A stretch of 62,044 nucleotides of DNA, filler included. It is 3 parts of 3 records of this genome, joined end to end, with 100 filler letters (N's around TTAATTAATTAA, not from the genome) between each part and the next. Parts side by side here need not be neighbours in the genome. Positions count along the whole stretch, not along the records: positions 1 to 28,850 come from SRR20825006_1281; positions 28,951 to 56,939 come from SRR20825006_1282; 1 more part is not named here. The stretch is one strand, 5' to 3'. Positions 18,772 through 29,159 of this stretch are shown here, piece after piece. The stretch's first letter is position 1; each line of letters starts with the position of its first letter. The position numbers and the translations under genes are program-made. The notes beneath the pieces were generated by a model, which was given only the letters and a program-made list of their open reading frames with translations, was not told where the DNA came from and did not search any database.

Positions 18772-20085
18772 ATGACGAATTTGAAGAACTCGGCGGTTTT
18801 GGCCGCCCTCGCGCTGGGGCTGTCGACGACGACGGCCTTTGCGCAGACCGAAATCAACTGGTGGCATGGCATGGGCGGTCACCTCGGTGACGTCGTCAAC
18901 CAGATCGCGACCGATTTCAACGCGAGCCAGGATGAGTATGCCATCACGCCCGTGTTCAAGGGCTCGTATGAAGAAACCCTGACTGCCGCCATTGCCGCCT
19001 TCCGTGCTGGCGAGCAGCCCAATGTCGTTCAGGTGTTCGACGCCGGCGCGGCTACCGTGATGGGCGCCGCCGGTGCGACCATCCCGGTGCAGGACCTGTT
19101 GGAAAACAATGGTGTCGCTTTCGACATCGAGGACTATGTCGCCGGCGTGCGCTATTTCTACGCCGACACCGAAGGCAAGATGATCGGCATGCCGTTCAAC
19201 TCGTCCTCGCCGGTGCTCTACTACAATATGGACGCCCTGACCGCGGCCGGTTTCGATGCACCCCCGGCCACCTATGAAGAGTTCGAGGCCATGGCCCCGG
19301 CTCTCAAGGAAGCAGGCTATATCCCGCTGGTCCAGACCCATCTGCCCTGGGAGTTCGTGGAGAACTTCCATTCGCGCCACAACCTGCCTTTCGCCACCAA
19401 TGACAATGGCTATGAAGGCGCTGAGGGCACCGAAATCCTGATCAACTCTCCCGAAATGGCCATGCACTTCACCAAGGTGAAGGAATGGCTCGATGCCGAT
19501 CTGTTCGGCTTCTTCGGCACCGGCTGGGACGACAACCAGGCCCACTTCAACGAAGGCGACGCGGCCATGTATATCGGCTCGTCGGGCGATTTTGGTGGCC
19601 TGACCGCCGCCGAGCTGCCCTTCGAATGGGCCTCGACCTACCTGCCCTATTGGGAATCGATCACCGCAGAGGGCTACCAGACCTTTATCGGCGGCGCGTC
19701 GCTGTTTGCCATGGCTGGTCATTCCGATGAAGAGAATGCTGCCACTGCCGCGTTCTTTGAGTACCTGACCTCGCCGGACGTGCAGTACATGTGGCACCGC
19801 GAAACCGGCTATGTGCCGATCACCACCGCTGCCTACGAGCTGGCCAAGCAAGACGGCCATTACGAGCGTTCGCCCGCCGCTGAAACCGCCATCCAGCAGC
19901 TCTCGCTGCAGGCCGGCGAGAATACCCGCGGCTATCGCATGGGCTTTTATGTGCAGATCCGTGACGTCCAGAACCGTGAACTGGCCCGTTTCCTGAACGG
20001 CGAGACCACGATCGAGGACGCGCTGGCGACCATCGAAACTGAAGGCAACGAGCTGCTGTCCCGCTTCGCCCAGACCCAGCAGTAA
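18772..20085 (+). CDS. ugpB: sn-glycerol-3-phosphate ABC substrate-binding protein
   Basis: WWHGMGG, FKGSYEET, QVFDAG, MPFNSSSP, IGGASL, WHRETGYVP. Confidence 0.88.
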   Translation: MTNLKNSAVLAALALGLSTTTAFAQTEINWWHGMGGHLGDVVNQIATDFNASQDEYAITPVFKGSYEETLTAAIAAFRAGEQPNVVQVFDAGAATVMGAAGATIPVQDLLENNGVAFDIEDYVAGVRYFYADTEGKMIGMPFNSSSPVLYYNMDALTAAGFDAPPATYEEFEAMAPALKEAGYIPLVQTHLPWEFVENFHSRHNLPFATNDNGYEGAEGTEILINSPEMAMHFTKVKEWLDADLFGFFGTGWDDNQAHFNEGDAAMYIGSSGDFGGLTAAELPFEWASTYLPYWESITAEGYQTFIGGASLFAMAGHSDEENAATAAFFEYLTSPDVQYMWHRETGYVPITTAAYELAKQDGHYERSPAAETAIQQLSLQAGENTRGYRMGFYVQIRDVQNRELARFLNGETTIEDALATIETEGNELLSRFAQTQQ

Positions 20086-20154
20086 GCCTTTGGCCAATCC
20101 TTCGGCGGCCCGCCTGCGTGGGCCGCCGATCCCTTGCAAAGCGAGGTTACGATC

Positions 20155-21036
20155 TTGAAGCGCGCCGGGTTCGATTCACGCTGGTTGCCGATCCTGCTGC
20201 TGCTGCCGCAGCTCTCGATCATTGCCATTTTCTTCTACTGGCCCGCCGTCCAGGCGCTTCGGTCCTCCTTCTATCTCGAAGACCCCTTCGGTTTCGGCGC
20301 GACTTTTGTGGGGCTCGAAAACTATCTGCGGCTGTTCCGCAGCTCGGAATATCTCAAGAACGCCTGGTTCACCGTGATCTTTTCAGTGTCGGTCACCTTC
20401 CTGTCGCTGGCGATTGCCCTGTTGCTCGCGGTCAAGGCCGACAAGGTCATTCGTGGTGCCAAGACCTACCGGACCCTCTTGATGTGGGTCTATGCGGTGG
20501 CGCCGCCGGTCGCCGGTTTCATCACGCTGATCATGTTCAACCAGCGCTGGGGCCCGCTGACCAATTTCTTCGAGCTCTTCGGCTGGGATTTCCGCGTCAG
20601 GCTGAACTACAACGACACCGCGATTGCCATGATCATTGCCTCGGTCTGGAAGCAGATCCCGGTCAATTTCATTTTCTTCCTCTCCGGTCTGCAGTCGATC
20701 CCGCGCAATGTCGTGGAAGCATCGATGATCGACAACAGGTCCAGCGTGAGCCGGTTCTGGACCATCACCTTTCCGCTGCTGGCGCCGACCGGGTTTTTCC
20801 TGCTGATTACCAACATCACCTATTCGTTGTTCGACACTTTCGGAACGATCGACACCATCCTGCGCAACAATCCCGGCGATAACCCGGTGACCCTGGTTTA
20901 CCGGGTCTATCTCGATGGTTTCCGCGGCCAGGATATCGGCGGCTCATCGGCGCAGTCGGTGGTGCTGATGGTGCTCGTTCTGCTGCTGACGGTGTTTCAG
21001 TTCCGTCTCGTCGAGCGCCGCATCCACTACAATTGA
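20155..21036 (+). CDS. ugpA: Glycerol-3-phosphate ABC permease
   Basis: PQL..I.IFFYWPA, EDPFG, YAVAP, LQSIP EAA loop; TTG start after GAGG. Confidence 0.85.
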   Translation: MKRAGFDSRWLPILLLLPQLSIIAIFFYWPAVQALRSSFYLEDPFGFGATFVGLENYLRLFRSSEYLKNAWFTVIFSVSVTFLSLAIALLLAVKADKVIRGAKTYRTLLMWVYAVAPPVAGFITLIMFNQRWGPLTNFFELFGWDFRVRLNYNDTAIAMIIASVWKQIPVNFIFFLSGLQSIPRNVVEASMIDNRSSVSRFWTITFPLLAPTGFFLLITNITYSLFDTFGTIDTILRNNPGDNPVTLVYRVYLDGFRGQDIGGSSAQSVVLMVLVLLLTVFQFRLVERRIHYN

Positions 21037-21045
21037 AAGCTGACC

Positions 21046-21960
21046 ATGGCCGATTTGTCCCAGTCCCAAGGTGTCGTCTCTGAAACGCCGGCTCCGCGCC
21101 TGCCAGTGGCGCGGGTGAACTGGGGCGCGGTGGGTGATCACCTGATCCTGATCGCCGGCGTCGTCTTCATGGTGGCGCCCCTGCTCATGCTGGTGCAGAT
21201 GAGCTCGATGCCGGACATCGAGACGATCAAGTCGGGACCATCGCTGCAATGGGGCGACCAGCTCTGGCCGAACCTGATGAAGGCCCTGTTCGAATCGATG
21301 AGCTTTTCGGGCGACAATACGGGCCTGAACATGTTCTGGAATTCCACGGTGCTGGGCCTGGGCTTTGCCATCGGCAAGGTGATCATCTCGATGATGGCAG
21401 CCTATGCCATCGTCTATTTCCGCATGCGCTTTGCCATGATTGCCTTCTGGCTGATCTTTACAACGCTGCTGCTGCCGCTCGAGGTGCGCATCGTGCCCTC
21501 ATACGAAATCACCCAGAAGCTGGGGCTGCTCAACAGCTATACCGGCCTGATCGTGCCGCTGATCGCCTCGGCCACCGCGACATTCTTCTTCCGGCAATTC
21601 TATCTCTCGGTGCCCGAAGAACTGCTGGAGGCTGCGCGTATCGACGGCGCCGGGCCGATCCGCTTCTTCATCGATATCCTGGTGCCCCTTTCCCAGACGA
21701 TGATCGCGGCCATCTTCATCATCATGTTCGTCTATGGCTGGAACCAGTATTTGTGGCCCACCATGATCATCACGGACGAAAGCAAATACACCCTGGTGCA
21801 GGGCATCAAGCAGATCACCCAAGGGCTCGAAGGCAGCCAGCAGGTGCCTGAATATGGGCGATCCAACCTCCTGGCGATCCTGGCCATCCTGCCGCCCGTT
21901 GCCGTGGTCATTTTCTTCCAGCGCTGGTTCGTCAAGGGCCTGACCGAAAGCGACAAATAG
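21046..21960 (+). CDS. ugpE: Glycerol-3-phosphate ABC permease
   Basis: LPLEVRIVP, ASATATFFFRQF, EAARIDGAG, FQRWFVKGLTESDK. Confidence 0.88.
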   Translation: MADLSQSQGVVSETPAPRLPVARVNWGAVGDHLILIAGVVFMVAPLLMLVQMSSMPDIETIKSGPSLQWGDQLWPNLMKALFESMSFSGDNTGLNMFWNSTVLGLGFAIGKVIISMMAAYAIVYFRMRFAMIAFWLIFTTLLLPLEVRIVPSYEITQKLGLLNSYTGLIVPLIASATATFFFRQFYLSVPEELLEAARIDGAGPIRFFIDILVPLSQTMIAAIFIIMFVYGWNQYLWPTMIITDESKYTLVQGIKQITQGLEGSQQVPEYGRSNLLAILAILPPVAVVIFFQRWFVKGLTESDK

Positions 21961-21978
21961 GCCGGTCGCCCCGCCGGG

Positions 21979-23934
21979 CTAGGCAGCGATCAATTTTGCG
22001 GCACGGCGGAATTCAGCTTCCGCCTCGGGCGCGAAGCGGAAGGTTTGCAGGAAGTCGTTGATGCCATAGGCCGGCAGGCCGGCGTGGATACCGGCCATGG
22101 CAACACGTGCCGGCTCGATCCGCCCGGCCAAAGCCAGGCAATAAGCCGCGATAGCGTGGATGGCATAATGGGCATTGGGCCTGGCGGCGGCCCTGGCCGC
22201 CCAGTCCGCCGCCTCTTCAAACTGGCCCAGCCGCATATGGGCCATGGCGCGGGCGCCCAACATGCCGAAGAGCAGCGGATCAAAGGGACTGAGGCGTCGT
22301 GCGTGATCGGCCGCAATGATGGCCGAGCGCGGGTCGCCCGATTGCGAACCGACGAAAGACAGGGCGTAGTGACCGAGCGCGAAATTGGGGCTCAGCGCGA
22401 TGGCCTGTTCCAGCTCCACCAGAGACCGGTCGTCCTGCCCGCGCATCCAGAGCGCGCGCCCCATGGCCCAGTGGGCCGCCGGGTCGTGATCGTCGGCCAA
22501 AACGGCCTCGCTCGCGGCCGCATAGGCGAGTTCGCGCTGTTCCTCGCGATCGCCCCAGTGCTGGAAGCCACTTTGCCAATGGGTGAAGGACAGCCCGGCA
22601 TGGGCCCGGGCAAAGGTGGGGTCCAGCGTGGCCGATTGCCGGAAGAACTGGCGCGCTGTTTCATTCTCTGCCTTGGTAAAGCGATACATGTGCCAGAGCC
22701 CGCGGTGATAGGCCTGCCATGCCGTCAACGAGTTCGGCGGCTTGAGAATGGCCAGGTTCCGCTCGACCGTCTCGATTTCGCTGGCGATGGACGACACGAT
22801 CTGGTCGCCAATATCCTCAAGCATGTCGAGCGCGGCCAGCGCCGCCCGCTCGAAACCTTCGCTCCAGACGATGCGCCCGGAGCGTACATCCACCAGCTCG
22901 ACTTCCACTCTCAGCCGCCCATCGCGAACGCTGACCGTGCCGCCGGTCATGTAGTCGACACCCAGTTTGCGGGCGGCATCCATGTCCCCCAGACCGGCCT
23001 CCGCCAGGGCATAAACGGAGCCGCGCGCGATGACTGAAAGACTGCGCAACCGGGCCAGCCTGGTGATGATGTCCTGGGTGAGCCCCGCACCCAGACCAGC
23101 GCCGAAGCCGGCGGCGGCCTCTTCTGCAAAGGGCATGATCGCCAGGGCCGCCCTCTCATGGACCGGCGGCACCTGGGAGCGCATGACCTCCTCGCCGGGC
23201 CCTGGCCGTGCCTGCACTGGCGCGGCATGTGCGGCCCGCCAGTCCAGCAGCACGCGGATGTCGAGACCTTCCTCGCGAAACAGATCCAGGGTGGCGCGCA
23301 GATGGGCAGCGGCCGCATCGGCGGCACCAGAGCGCCGCAATTCGGTCAGCAGGAGCACATGGGCCCGCTCATCGAAGGGAGAAAGCGTCACCCAACGTTC
23401 AATCAGGCCACGCCGCCGCACGGGATCGATGGTTGGATCGGAAAGGAGGCGCGCGATGAGCTCGATATAGGCCGATCGCCAATGCCAGCGCTGCGCGGTG
23501 AGCCAGGCCTGAAACCCGGGACCATGGTCAATGTGCAGACCCTCGAGGAACTCTCCTGTCCACAGGTCCTCGGCATGGTTGCGCGCATTGGGGGCGGCGG
23601 ATCCGAGCGCTGCGACATCGATTTCGCACGCCGTCAGGTCGAGCCAGACGCGGTCGTCTTCTGTTTGCACGCGCCGCAGCTCCGGCTCGTCGAGCAGGCC
23701 CCTGAGCTTGCTGAGACACCAGCGCAGCTCGCCGCGCGGATCGTTCGGGACATCCCAGAGCAATTCGCACAGATGGCTGCGGCTGACCGGACGGGGGCTA
23801 AGGGCCAGATAGGCCAGGAGGGCGCGGGTCTTGCGTGAATGCGGTAAGGCGATCGGTGCGCCGGCGCGTGACAGGGTCAGCGGACCGAGCAAGGCCATGA
23901 CAAGCCCCGGACCCTGTATTGCGTGATCCGACAT
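21979..23934 (-). CDS. SARP/BTAD + TolB-like + TPR transcriptional regulator
   Basis: LLGPL, ALLAYLAL, LRWCLSKLR winged HTH; LAIMPF...GL..DII domain; TPR repeats. Confidence 0.85.
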   Translation of the reverse strand: MSDHAIQGPGLVMALLGPLTLSRAGAPIALPHSRKTRALLAYLALSPRPVSRSHLCELLWDVPNDPRGELRWCLSKLRGLLDEPELRRVQTEDDRVWLDLTACEIDVAALGSAAPNARNHAEDLWTGEFLEGLHIDHGPGFQAWLTAQRWHWRSAYIELIARLLSDPTIDPVRRRGLIERWVTLSPFDERAHVLLLTELRRSGAADAAAAHLRATLDLFREEGLDIRVLLDWRAAHAAPVQARPGPGEEVMRSQVPPVHERAALAIMPFAEEAAAGFGAGLGAGLTQDIITRLARLRSLSVIARGSVYALAEAGLGDMDAARKLGVDYMTGGTVSVRDGRLRVEVELVDVRSGRIVWSEGFERAALAALDMLEDIGDQIVSSIASEIETVERNLAILKPPNSLTAWQAYHRGLWHMYRFTKAENETARQFFRQSATLDPTFARAHAGLSFTHWQSGFQHWGDREEQRELAYAAASEAVLADDHDPAAHWAMGRALWMRGQDDRSLVELEQAIALSPNFALGHYALSFVGSQSGDPRSAIIAADHARRLSPFDPLLFGMLGARAMAHMRLGQFEEAADWAARAAARPNAHYAIHAIAAYCLALAGRIEPARVAMAGIHAGLPAYGINDFLQTFRFAPEAEAEFRRAAKLIAA

Positions 23935-23940
23935 GGTGGA

Positions 23941-23971
23941 TTCCACGGGCATTTCCACGCTTCCTCCCACG
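23941..23971. promoter_or_regulatory. Three T(T/C)CCACG heptamers at 12 bp period; probable SARP-type operator
   Basis: TTCCACG at 23941 and 23953, TCCCACG at 23965, between the divergent regulator and cysK-like gene. Confidence 0.62.
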
Positions 23972-24056
23972 CTCGCATTGTATGGCGTAGTCTAGCACTG
24001 AATGCACAGACATACAGCCGGGCTCTTTTGTGGAGCACCGCCAGGAGAAACGCATC

Positions 24057-25142
24057 ATGCACGATCCAAATACCAGGACCACAAAGGGCCGCGGCAAGCT
24101 GTTCGACAGCGTGCTGGACACTGTGGGCGACACGCCCGTCATCCGGATCAACAATCTCGCTGTTCCAAATGTGACACTTTACGTGAAGGCCGAATTTTTC
24201 AATCCGGCCGCATCGGTGAAGGACCGGCTTGCCCTCAACATCATCGAAGCGGCGGAGCGCAGTGGCGCACTTCAGCCCGGCCAGACCGTTGTGGAGGCCA
24301 CCAGCGGGAATACCGGTGTCGGCCTTGCGATGGTATGCGCCCAGAAAGGCTATCCGCTTGTTGTGACCATGGCCGACAGCTTTTCGGTCGAGCGGCGGCG
24401 CCTGATGCGGATGTTCGGGGCGCGTGTGGTGCTGACGCCGCGCGCCCACAAGGGCCTCGGCATGTACAAAAAAGCCGTCGAACTGGCCGAGGCCAATGGC
24501 TGGTTCCTGGCGCGGCAGTTTGAAACCGAGGCCAATGCCAATATCCACGAGGCGACCACAGCGCGCGAGATCATCAATGACTTCGCCGGCTCAAGGCTCG
24601 ACTATGTGGTCACCGGCTATGGCACGGGGGGCACCGTGGCGGGTCTTGCGCGCGTGCTCCGCCGTGAACGCCCCGAAACCCGCATCGTGTTGAGCGAGCC
24701 GGCAAACGCGCAATTGCTGGGCAGCGGCGAGCAGCAGGTGCGCGGGGATGGCGGTGCGCCGGGGGCAAGCCACCCGGCCTTCACGCCCCACCCCATTCAG
24801 GGCTGGACCCCTGATTTCATCCCCCTGGTGCTGCAGGAAGCCGTCGACGCCAAGGGCTATGACGAGCTCATTCCCATAGCCGGCCCCGATGCCATCGCAT
24901 GGGCCCAGAAGCTCGCGCACAAGGAAGGCATCCTGACCGGCATTTCCGGTGGCGCCAGCTTCTGTGTCGCCCGCCAGGTGGCCGAACGCGCCGATCCGGG
25001 CTCGGTGATCCTGTGCATGCTGCCCGACACGGGAGAGCGCTACCTGTCGACCCCGCTGTTTGAAACGATCGAGTCGGAAATGAGCCCCGAAGAGATTGCG
25101 CTCTCGCGCTCGACACCGGGCTATCAGTTCGAGACCGCGTGA
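24057..25142 (+). CDS. cysK: Cysteine synthase-family PLP enzyme
   Basis: SVKDRLA, EATSGNTG, GYGTGGT, HPIQG, GISGGA, LPDTGERYLST. Confidence 0.82.
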   Translation: MHDPNTRTTKGRGKLFDSVLDTVGDTPVIRINNLAVPNVTLYVKAEFFNPAASVKDRLALNIIEAAERSGALQPGQTVVEATSGNTGVGLAMVCAQKGYPLVVTMADSFSVERRRLMRMFGARVVLTPRAHKGLGMYKKAVELAEANGWFLARQFETEANANIHEATTAREIINDFAGSRLDYVVTGYGTGGTVAGLARVLRRERPETRIVLSEPANAQLLGSGEQQVRGDGGAPGASHPAFTPHPIQGWTPDFIPLVLQEAVDAKGYDELIPIAGPDAIAWAQKLAHKEGILTGISGGASFCVARQVAERADPGSVILCMLPDTGERYLSTPLFETIESEMSPEEIALSRSTPGYQFETA

Positions 25143-26614
25143 TGCACGGCCCGATCCACCAGCCCGAGGAGACACTCGATCCCGACGACTGGGCGTCTGC
25201 CGAAGCCATGTCGCACCAGATCATCAGCGACGCGGTCGCCTATCTGCGCGACGTGCGGGACCGGGTCCCCTGGCAGCAGATGCCGCAAGACGTGCGGCAG
25301 AGCTTTGCCGAGCCGCTGCCGACCGAACCAACCGAGCTGGCGCAAGTCTATCAGTCGGTGCTGGACAATCTGATGCCCTACCCCATGGGCAATATCCATC
25401 CCCGCTTCTGGTCCTGGTATATGGGGTCATCGAACCTGACGGGCGCCCTCGGCGACTTTATCGCCGCTGTGCAGGGGTCCAATCTGGGTGGCGGCAACCA
25501 TGCCGCCGCCTTGATGGATCAGCAGGTCGTGGACTGGTGCAAGCAGATGCTGGGATTTCCGACCAGCGCCACCGGTTCGCTTGAAAGCGGCGGCTCCATG
25601 GCCAACTTCATCGGGCTGACCGTGGCGCGCAACGTCAAGGCCGGCGCCGACATCCGGGAGATGGGCGTGGCGGCCCTGCCGCGACCAATGCGGTATTATG
25701 CATCGGACCAGGCCCATTCCTGCCACCGCAAGGCCATGGAGGCCCTGGGGCTCGGGAACCAGGCGCTGCGGCGCATACCGAGCGACGATGCATTGCGCAT
25801 CGACGTCGACCTCCTGCGCCAGGCGATTGCCGATGACCGCGCCGCAGGTCTGAACCCGGCCTGCATTATCGGGACAGCGGGCACCGTCAACTCGGGATCA
25901 ATCGATGATCTTCAGGCGTTGGCGACCCTGGCCGCCGAAGAAGACCTCTGGTTCCATGTGGATGGGTGTATCGGCGCCCTCGCTGCCATCGCCCCCCATC
26001 ATCAAACTCTTGTTGCCGGGATCGAGCGGGCCGACTCGGTTGCCCTGGATCCGCACAAATGGCTGCATGCGCCTTTCGAGGTGGGTTGCGCCCTCGTGCG
26101 TGACCCCAACGCACAGCACAGGACGTTTGCCGTCACCCCCGAATATCTCGAAGCCTCGCCGCGCGGCCTGGCCGCAGCGCCCTGGCTGCACGAATACGGC
26201 CTGCAGACCACAAAAGCCTTCCGGGCCCTCAAGGTCTGGATGGCCATCAAGGAGCACGGCGTTGCAAAGTTCGGGCGGTTGATCGACCAGAACATTGACC
26301 AGGCCCATTACCTGAGCGCCCTGATCGACGCCGCGCCGGGGCTGGAACGCGTGGCGCCGACCACCATCAACATTGTCTGCTTCGCAATCGTCACTGACGA
26401 CGCCGATGCGGATGCCGGCAAGCGCATCAATGTCGAAGCCATGCTGAGGCTCCAGGAAGAGGGTATCGCTGTCCTTTCGGACACAACCGTCAAGGGCCGG
26501 CATTGCCTGCGCGTGGCCATCACCAATCATCGAACGCGCAGGTCTGACCTTGACCTGTTGGTGCGCGAGCTGGTGCGCCTGCGCTCGACCCTGCTCGCCG
26601 GTGAGCCACTCTGA
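25142..26614 (+). CDS. Group II PLP-dependent amino acid decarboxylase (aromatic type)
   Basis: HPRF, SGGSMAN, AGTVNSGSID, WFHVDG, DPHKWL, RALKVW. Confidence 0.9.
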   Translation: MHGPIHQPEETLDPDDWASAEAMSHQIISDAVAYLRDVRDRVPWQQMPQDVRQSFAEPLPTEPTELAQVYQSVLDNLMPYPMGNIHPRFWSWYMGSSNLTGALGDFIAAVQGSNLGGGNHAAALMDQQVVDWCKQMLGFPTSATGSLESGGSMANFIGLTVARNVKAGADIREMGVAALPRPMRYYASDQAHSCHRKAMEALGLGNQALRRIPSDDALRIDVDLLRQAIADDRAAGLNPACIIGTAGTVNSGSIDDLQALATLAAEEDLWFHVDGCIGALAAIAPHHQTLVAGIERADSVALDPHKWLHAPFEVGCALVRDPNAQHRTFAVTPEYLEASPRGLAAAPWLHEYGLQTTKAFRALKVWMAIKEHGVAKFGRLIDQNIDQAHYLSALIDAAPGLERVAPTTINIVCFAIVTDDADADAGKRINVEAMLRLQEEGIAVLSDTTVKGRHCLRVAITNHRTRRSDLDLLVRELVRLRSTLLAGEPL

Positions 26615-26903
26615 GGGCCAAAACCTCTGTAGTTTGGCCATCCGAAGCGGCCCAGTGCTTTCGTTTCGACGATGCGCTGACAGACCTGCCAATTCAGCGG
26701 TTCAAGGCTTGGCCTGCACACCCGACGCTTAGGCGACGCAAAGGCCATGCTGGCCAGACTGGCCGGGGCGCAGGCTTGGCATGAACTCCAGTTCTCTTGC
26801 GCCGAGACGGTCAGCCTCTTGAGCCAAGCTATCCCTGGCAACGAGCCATCCTATGCCCCCTTTTAACGCACACGCGTCTGCGCACCAGATTGCAAGGTGC
26901 CAC

Positions 26904-26920
26904 TTGCGAATGATTTGCAA
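26904..26920. promoter_or_regulatory. Mur/Fur-type box upstream of sitABC
   Basis: TTGCGAATGATTTGCAA near-palindrome 40 bp before sitA. Confidence 0.72.
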
Positions 26921-26959
26921 TTGCACTATCTCTGGTGCCGTTCACATCCGGAGTTGCCC

Positions 26960-27850
26960 ATGCGCCGCCGCCTGCTGTCTGCCCTGATCCTTGCCGCTCC
27001 ACTGGCCATGACCCTGCCCGCCATGGCGCAGGACCGGCTCAAGGCGGTCACGACCTTCACCATTCTGGCCGACATGGCCCAGAACGTCGCCGGGGATGCG
27101 GCCGATGTGGTCTCGATCACCAAGCCGGGCGCCGAGATCCATAATTACCAGCCGACGCCGGGCGATCTGGTGGGCGCTCAGGATGCCGATCTGGTGCTCT
27201 GGAACGGGCTTAACCTGGAGCAATGGTTCGCCCAGTTCCTCGACAATCTGCCCGACATGCCCAGCGTGGTGCTGACCAGCGGCATCGCGCCGATCGGCAT
27301 TGGCGAGGGGCCCTATGAGGGCAAGCCGAACCCGCATGCCTGGATGTCGCCGACCGACGCCCTGGTCTATGTCGAGAACATCCGCGCCGCCTTCGTTGAA
27401 GCCGATCCGGCCAATGCCGAAATCTACAATGAAAATGCGGCGGCCTATGCCGCCGAGATCACCGCCACGGTCGAGCCGATCCGCCAGGCGCTGGCCGAAA
27501 TTCCCGAAGAGAAGCGCTGGCTGGTGACCTCGGAAGGCGCCTTTTCCTACCTGGCGCGCGATTTTGGGCTCAAGGAGCTGTATCTCTGGCCGATCAATGC
27601 CGACCAGCAGGGCACGCCGCGCCAGGTGCGCAATGTGATCGATGCGGTGCGTGAACACGATATTCCGGTGGTGTTTTCGGAGAGCACGATTTCGTCCAAG
27701 CCGGCCGAGCAGGTGGCGCGCGAGACTGGCGTCAAATATGGCGGCGTGCTCTATGTGGACTCCCTTTCCGAGGCGGACGGGCCGGTGCCCACCTATCTCG
27801 ATCTGCTCAAAGTGACCACGCAAACCATCGCTGCAGGATTGACCCAGTGA
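26960..27850 (+). CDS. sitA: Mn/Fe ABC substrate-binding protein
   Basis: [33 protein letters not shown]. Confidence 0.92.
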   Translation: MRRRLLSALILAAPLAMTLPAMAQDRLKAVTTFTILADMAQNVAGDAADVVSITKPGAEIHNYQPTPGDLVGAQDADLVLWNGLNLEQWFAQFLDNLPDMPSVVLTSGIAPIGIGEGPYEGKPNPHAWMSPTDALVYVENIRAAFVEADPANAEIYNENAAAYAAEITATVEPIRQALAEIPEEKRWLVTSEGAFSYLARDFGLKELYLWPINADQQGTPRQVRNVIDAVREHDIPVVFSESTISSKPAEQVARETGVKYGGVLYVDSLSEADGPVPTYLDLLKVTTQTIAAGLTQ

Positions 27851-28722
27851 AAGACAATGCAGGCCCCGGCATTGCGATCAACGACATTACCGTTGCCTAC
27901 CGCAATGGCACCACGGCGCTGAGGCATGCCAGCTTCACCAGCCCGCGCGGTTCGATCACCGCGCTGGTTGGCGTCAACGGCGCGGGCAAATCGACCATTT
28001 TCAAGGCCATTATGGGCTTTGTGCCGGTGGTCAGCGGCTCCATTTCCATCCTCGGGCAAGCGGGCCGGCAGGCCCAGCGCCAGAACAAGGTGGCCTATGT
28101 GCCCCAATCCGAGGATGTGGACTGGAATTTTCCGGTGCTGGTTGAAGACGTGGTGATGATGGGCCGGTTCGGCCACATGAACATGTTGCGCATTCCCCGC
28201 GCCATTGACCGGGAAAAGGTCGCTGCGGCCCTTGGCCGGGTCAACATGACCGAATATGCCAGGCGCCAGATCGGCGAATTGTCCGGCGGGCAGAAAAAGC
28301 GCGTGTTCCTCGCCCGTGCGCTGGCGCAGGAAGGCGACGTGATCCTGCTCGACGAGCCCTTTACCGGGGTCGATGTGCAGACCGAGGAAGCCATCATCGG
28401 CCTGCTGCGCGATCTGCGCGACGAGGGCAAGGTGATCCTGGTCTCCACCCATAATCTGGGCTCGGTGCCCGAATTCTGCGATCGCACCGTGATGGTCAAG
28501 GGCACGGTGATGGCCTATGGCCCGACATCGGAAGTGTTCACCCGCGACAAGCTCGAGGAGGCCTTTGGCGGCGTGTTGCGCCATTTCGTGCTCTCCGGCC
28601 AGGGCCTGCATGCCGATGACGATCCGCGCCATCTCTCGGTGCTGACCGATGACGAACGCCCACTCGTCTTCTACGGCGAAAAGGGCAAGGAAGAGCACCA
28701 GCAGTCGAGCCGCGAGAAATGA
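27847..28722 (+). CDS. sitB: Mn/Fe ABC ATP-binding protein
   Basis: [34 protein letters not shown]. Confidence 0.92.
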   Translation: MKDNAGPGIAINDITVAYRNGTTALRHASFTSPRGSITALVGVNGAGKSTIFKAIMGFVPVVSGSISILGQAGRQAQRQNKVAYVPQSEDVDWNFPVLVEDVVMMGRFGHMNMLRIPRAIDREKVAAALGRVNMTEYARRQIGELSGGQKKRVFLARALAQEGDVILLDEPFTGVDVQTEEAIIGLLRDLRDEGKVILVSTHNLGSVPEFCDRTVMVKGTVMAYGPTSEVFTRDKLEEAFGGVLRHFVLSGQGLHADDDPRHLSVLTDDERPLVFYGEKGKEEHQQSSREK

Positions 28723-28850
28723 TCGCCACGCTGCTTGAGCCGTTTTCCTATAATTACATGGTCAATGCCATGTGGGTGTCCGCCCTTGTCGGCGGCGTCT
28801 GCGCCTTTTTGTCGGCCTATCTGATGCTCAAGGGCTGGTCGCTGATCGGC
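28719..28850 (+). CDS. sitC: Mn/Fe ABC permease, 5' part truncated by contig end
   Basis: [44 protein letters not shown]. Confidence 0.88.
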
Positions 28851-28950
28851 NNNNNNNNNNNNNNNNNNNNNNNNNNNNNNNNNNNNNNNNNNNNTTAATT
28901 AATTAANNNNNNNNNNNNNNNNNNNNNNNNNNNNNNNNNNNNNNNNNNNN
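28851..28950. other. Artificial contig spacer
   Basis: N-run + TTAATTAATTAA + N-run; gene content and style change across it. Confidence 0.98.
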
Positions 28951-29021
<71 letters not shown>

Positions 29022-29159
29022 CTCTAATCTCTCCGCTACACGCCGTTCGCTTTCACGTAACACGCTTCTCCCACTGTCCTCCCCCCGGGAACTTCGATAG
29101 CATAAGCGCTCTGATTCCAATCCCTTTGTATTGGTGGCCATGATTGCCGCTGGAGTGCT

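Noticed and set aside
18568-20139. 523 aa antisense ORF, and similar long shadow ORFs (10111-10866, 11730-12824, 22045-23037, 53180-54139, 60246-61550)
   Set aside because: They overlap well-supported genes, show no recognisable motifs, and are expected from GC-rich codon bias
28851-28950. TTAATTAATTAA palindrome inside an N-run (also 56940-57039)
   Set aside because: Identical artificial stop-in-all-frames linker between contigs; no biological link across it should be inferred
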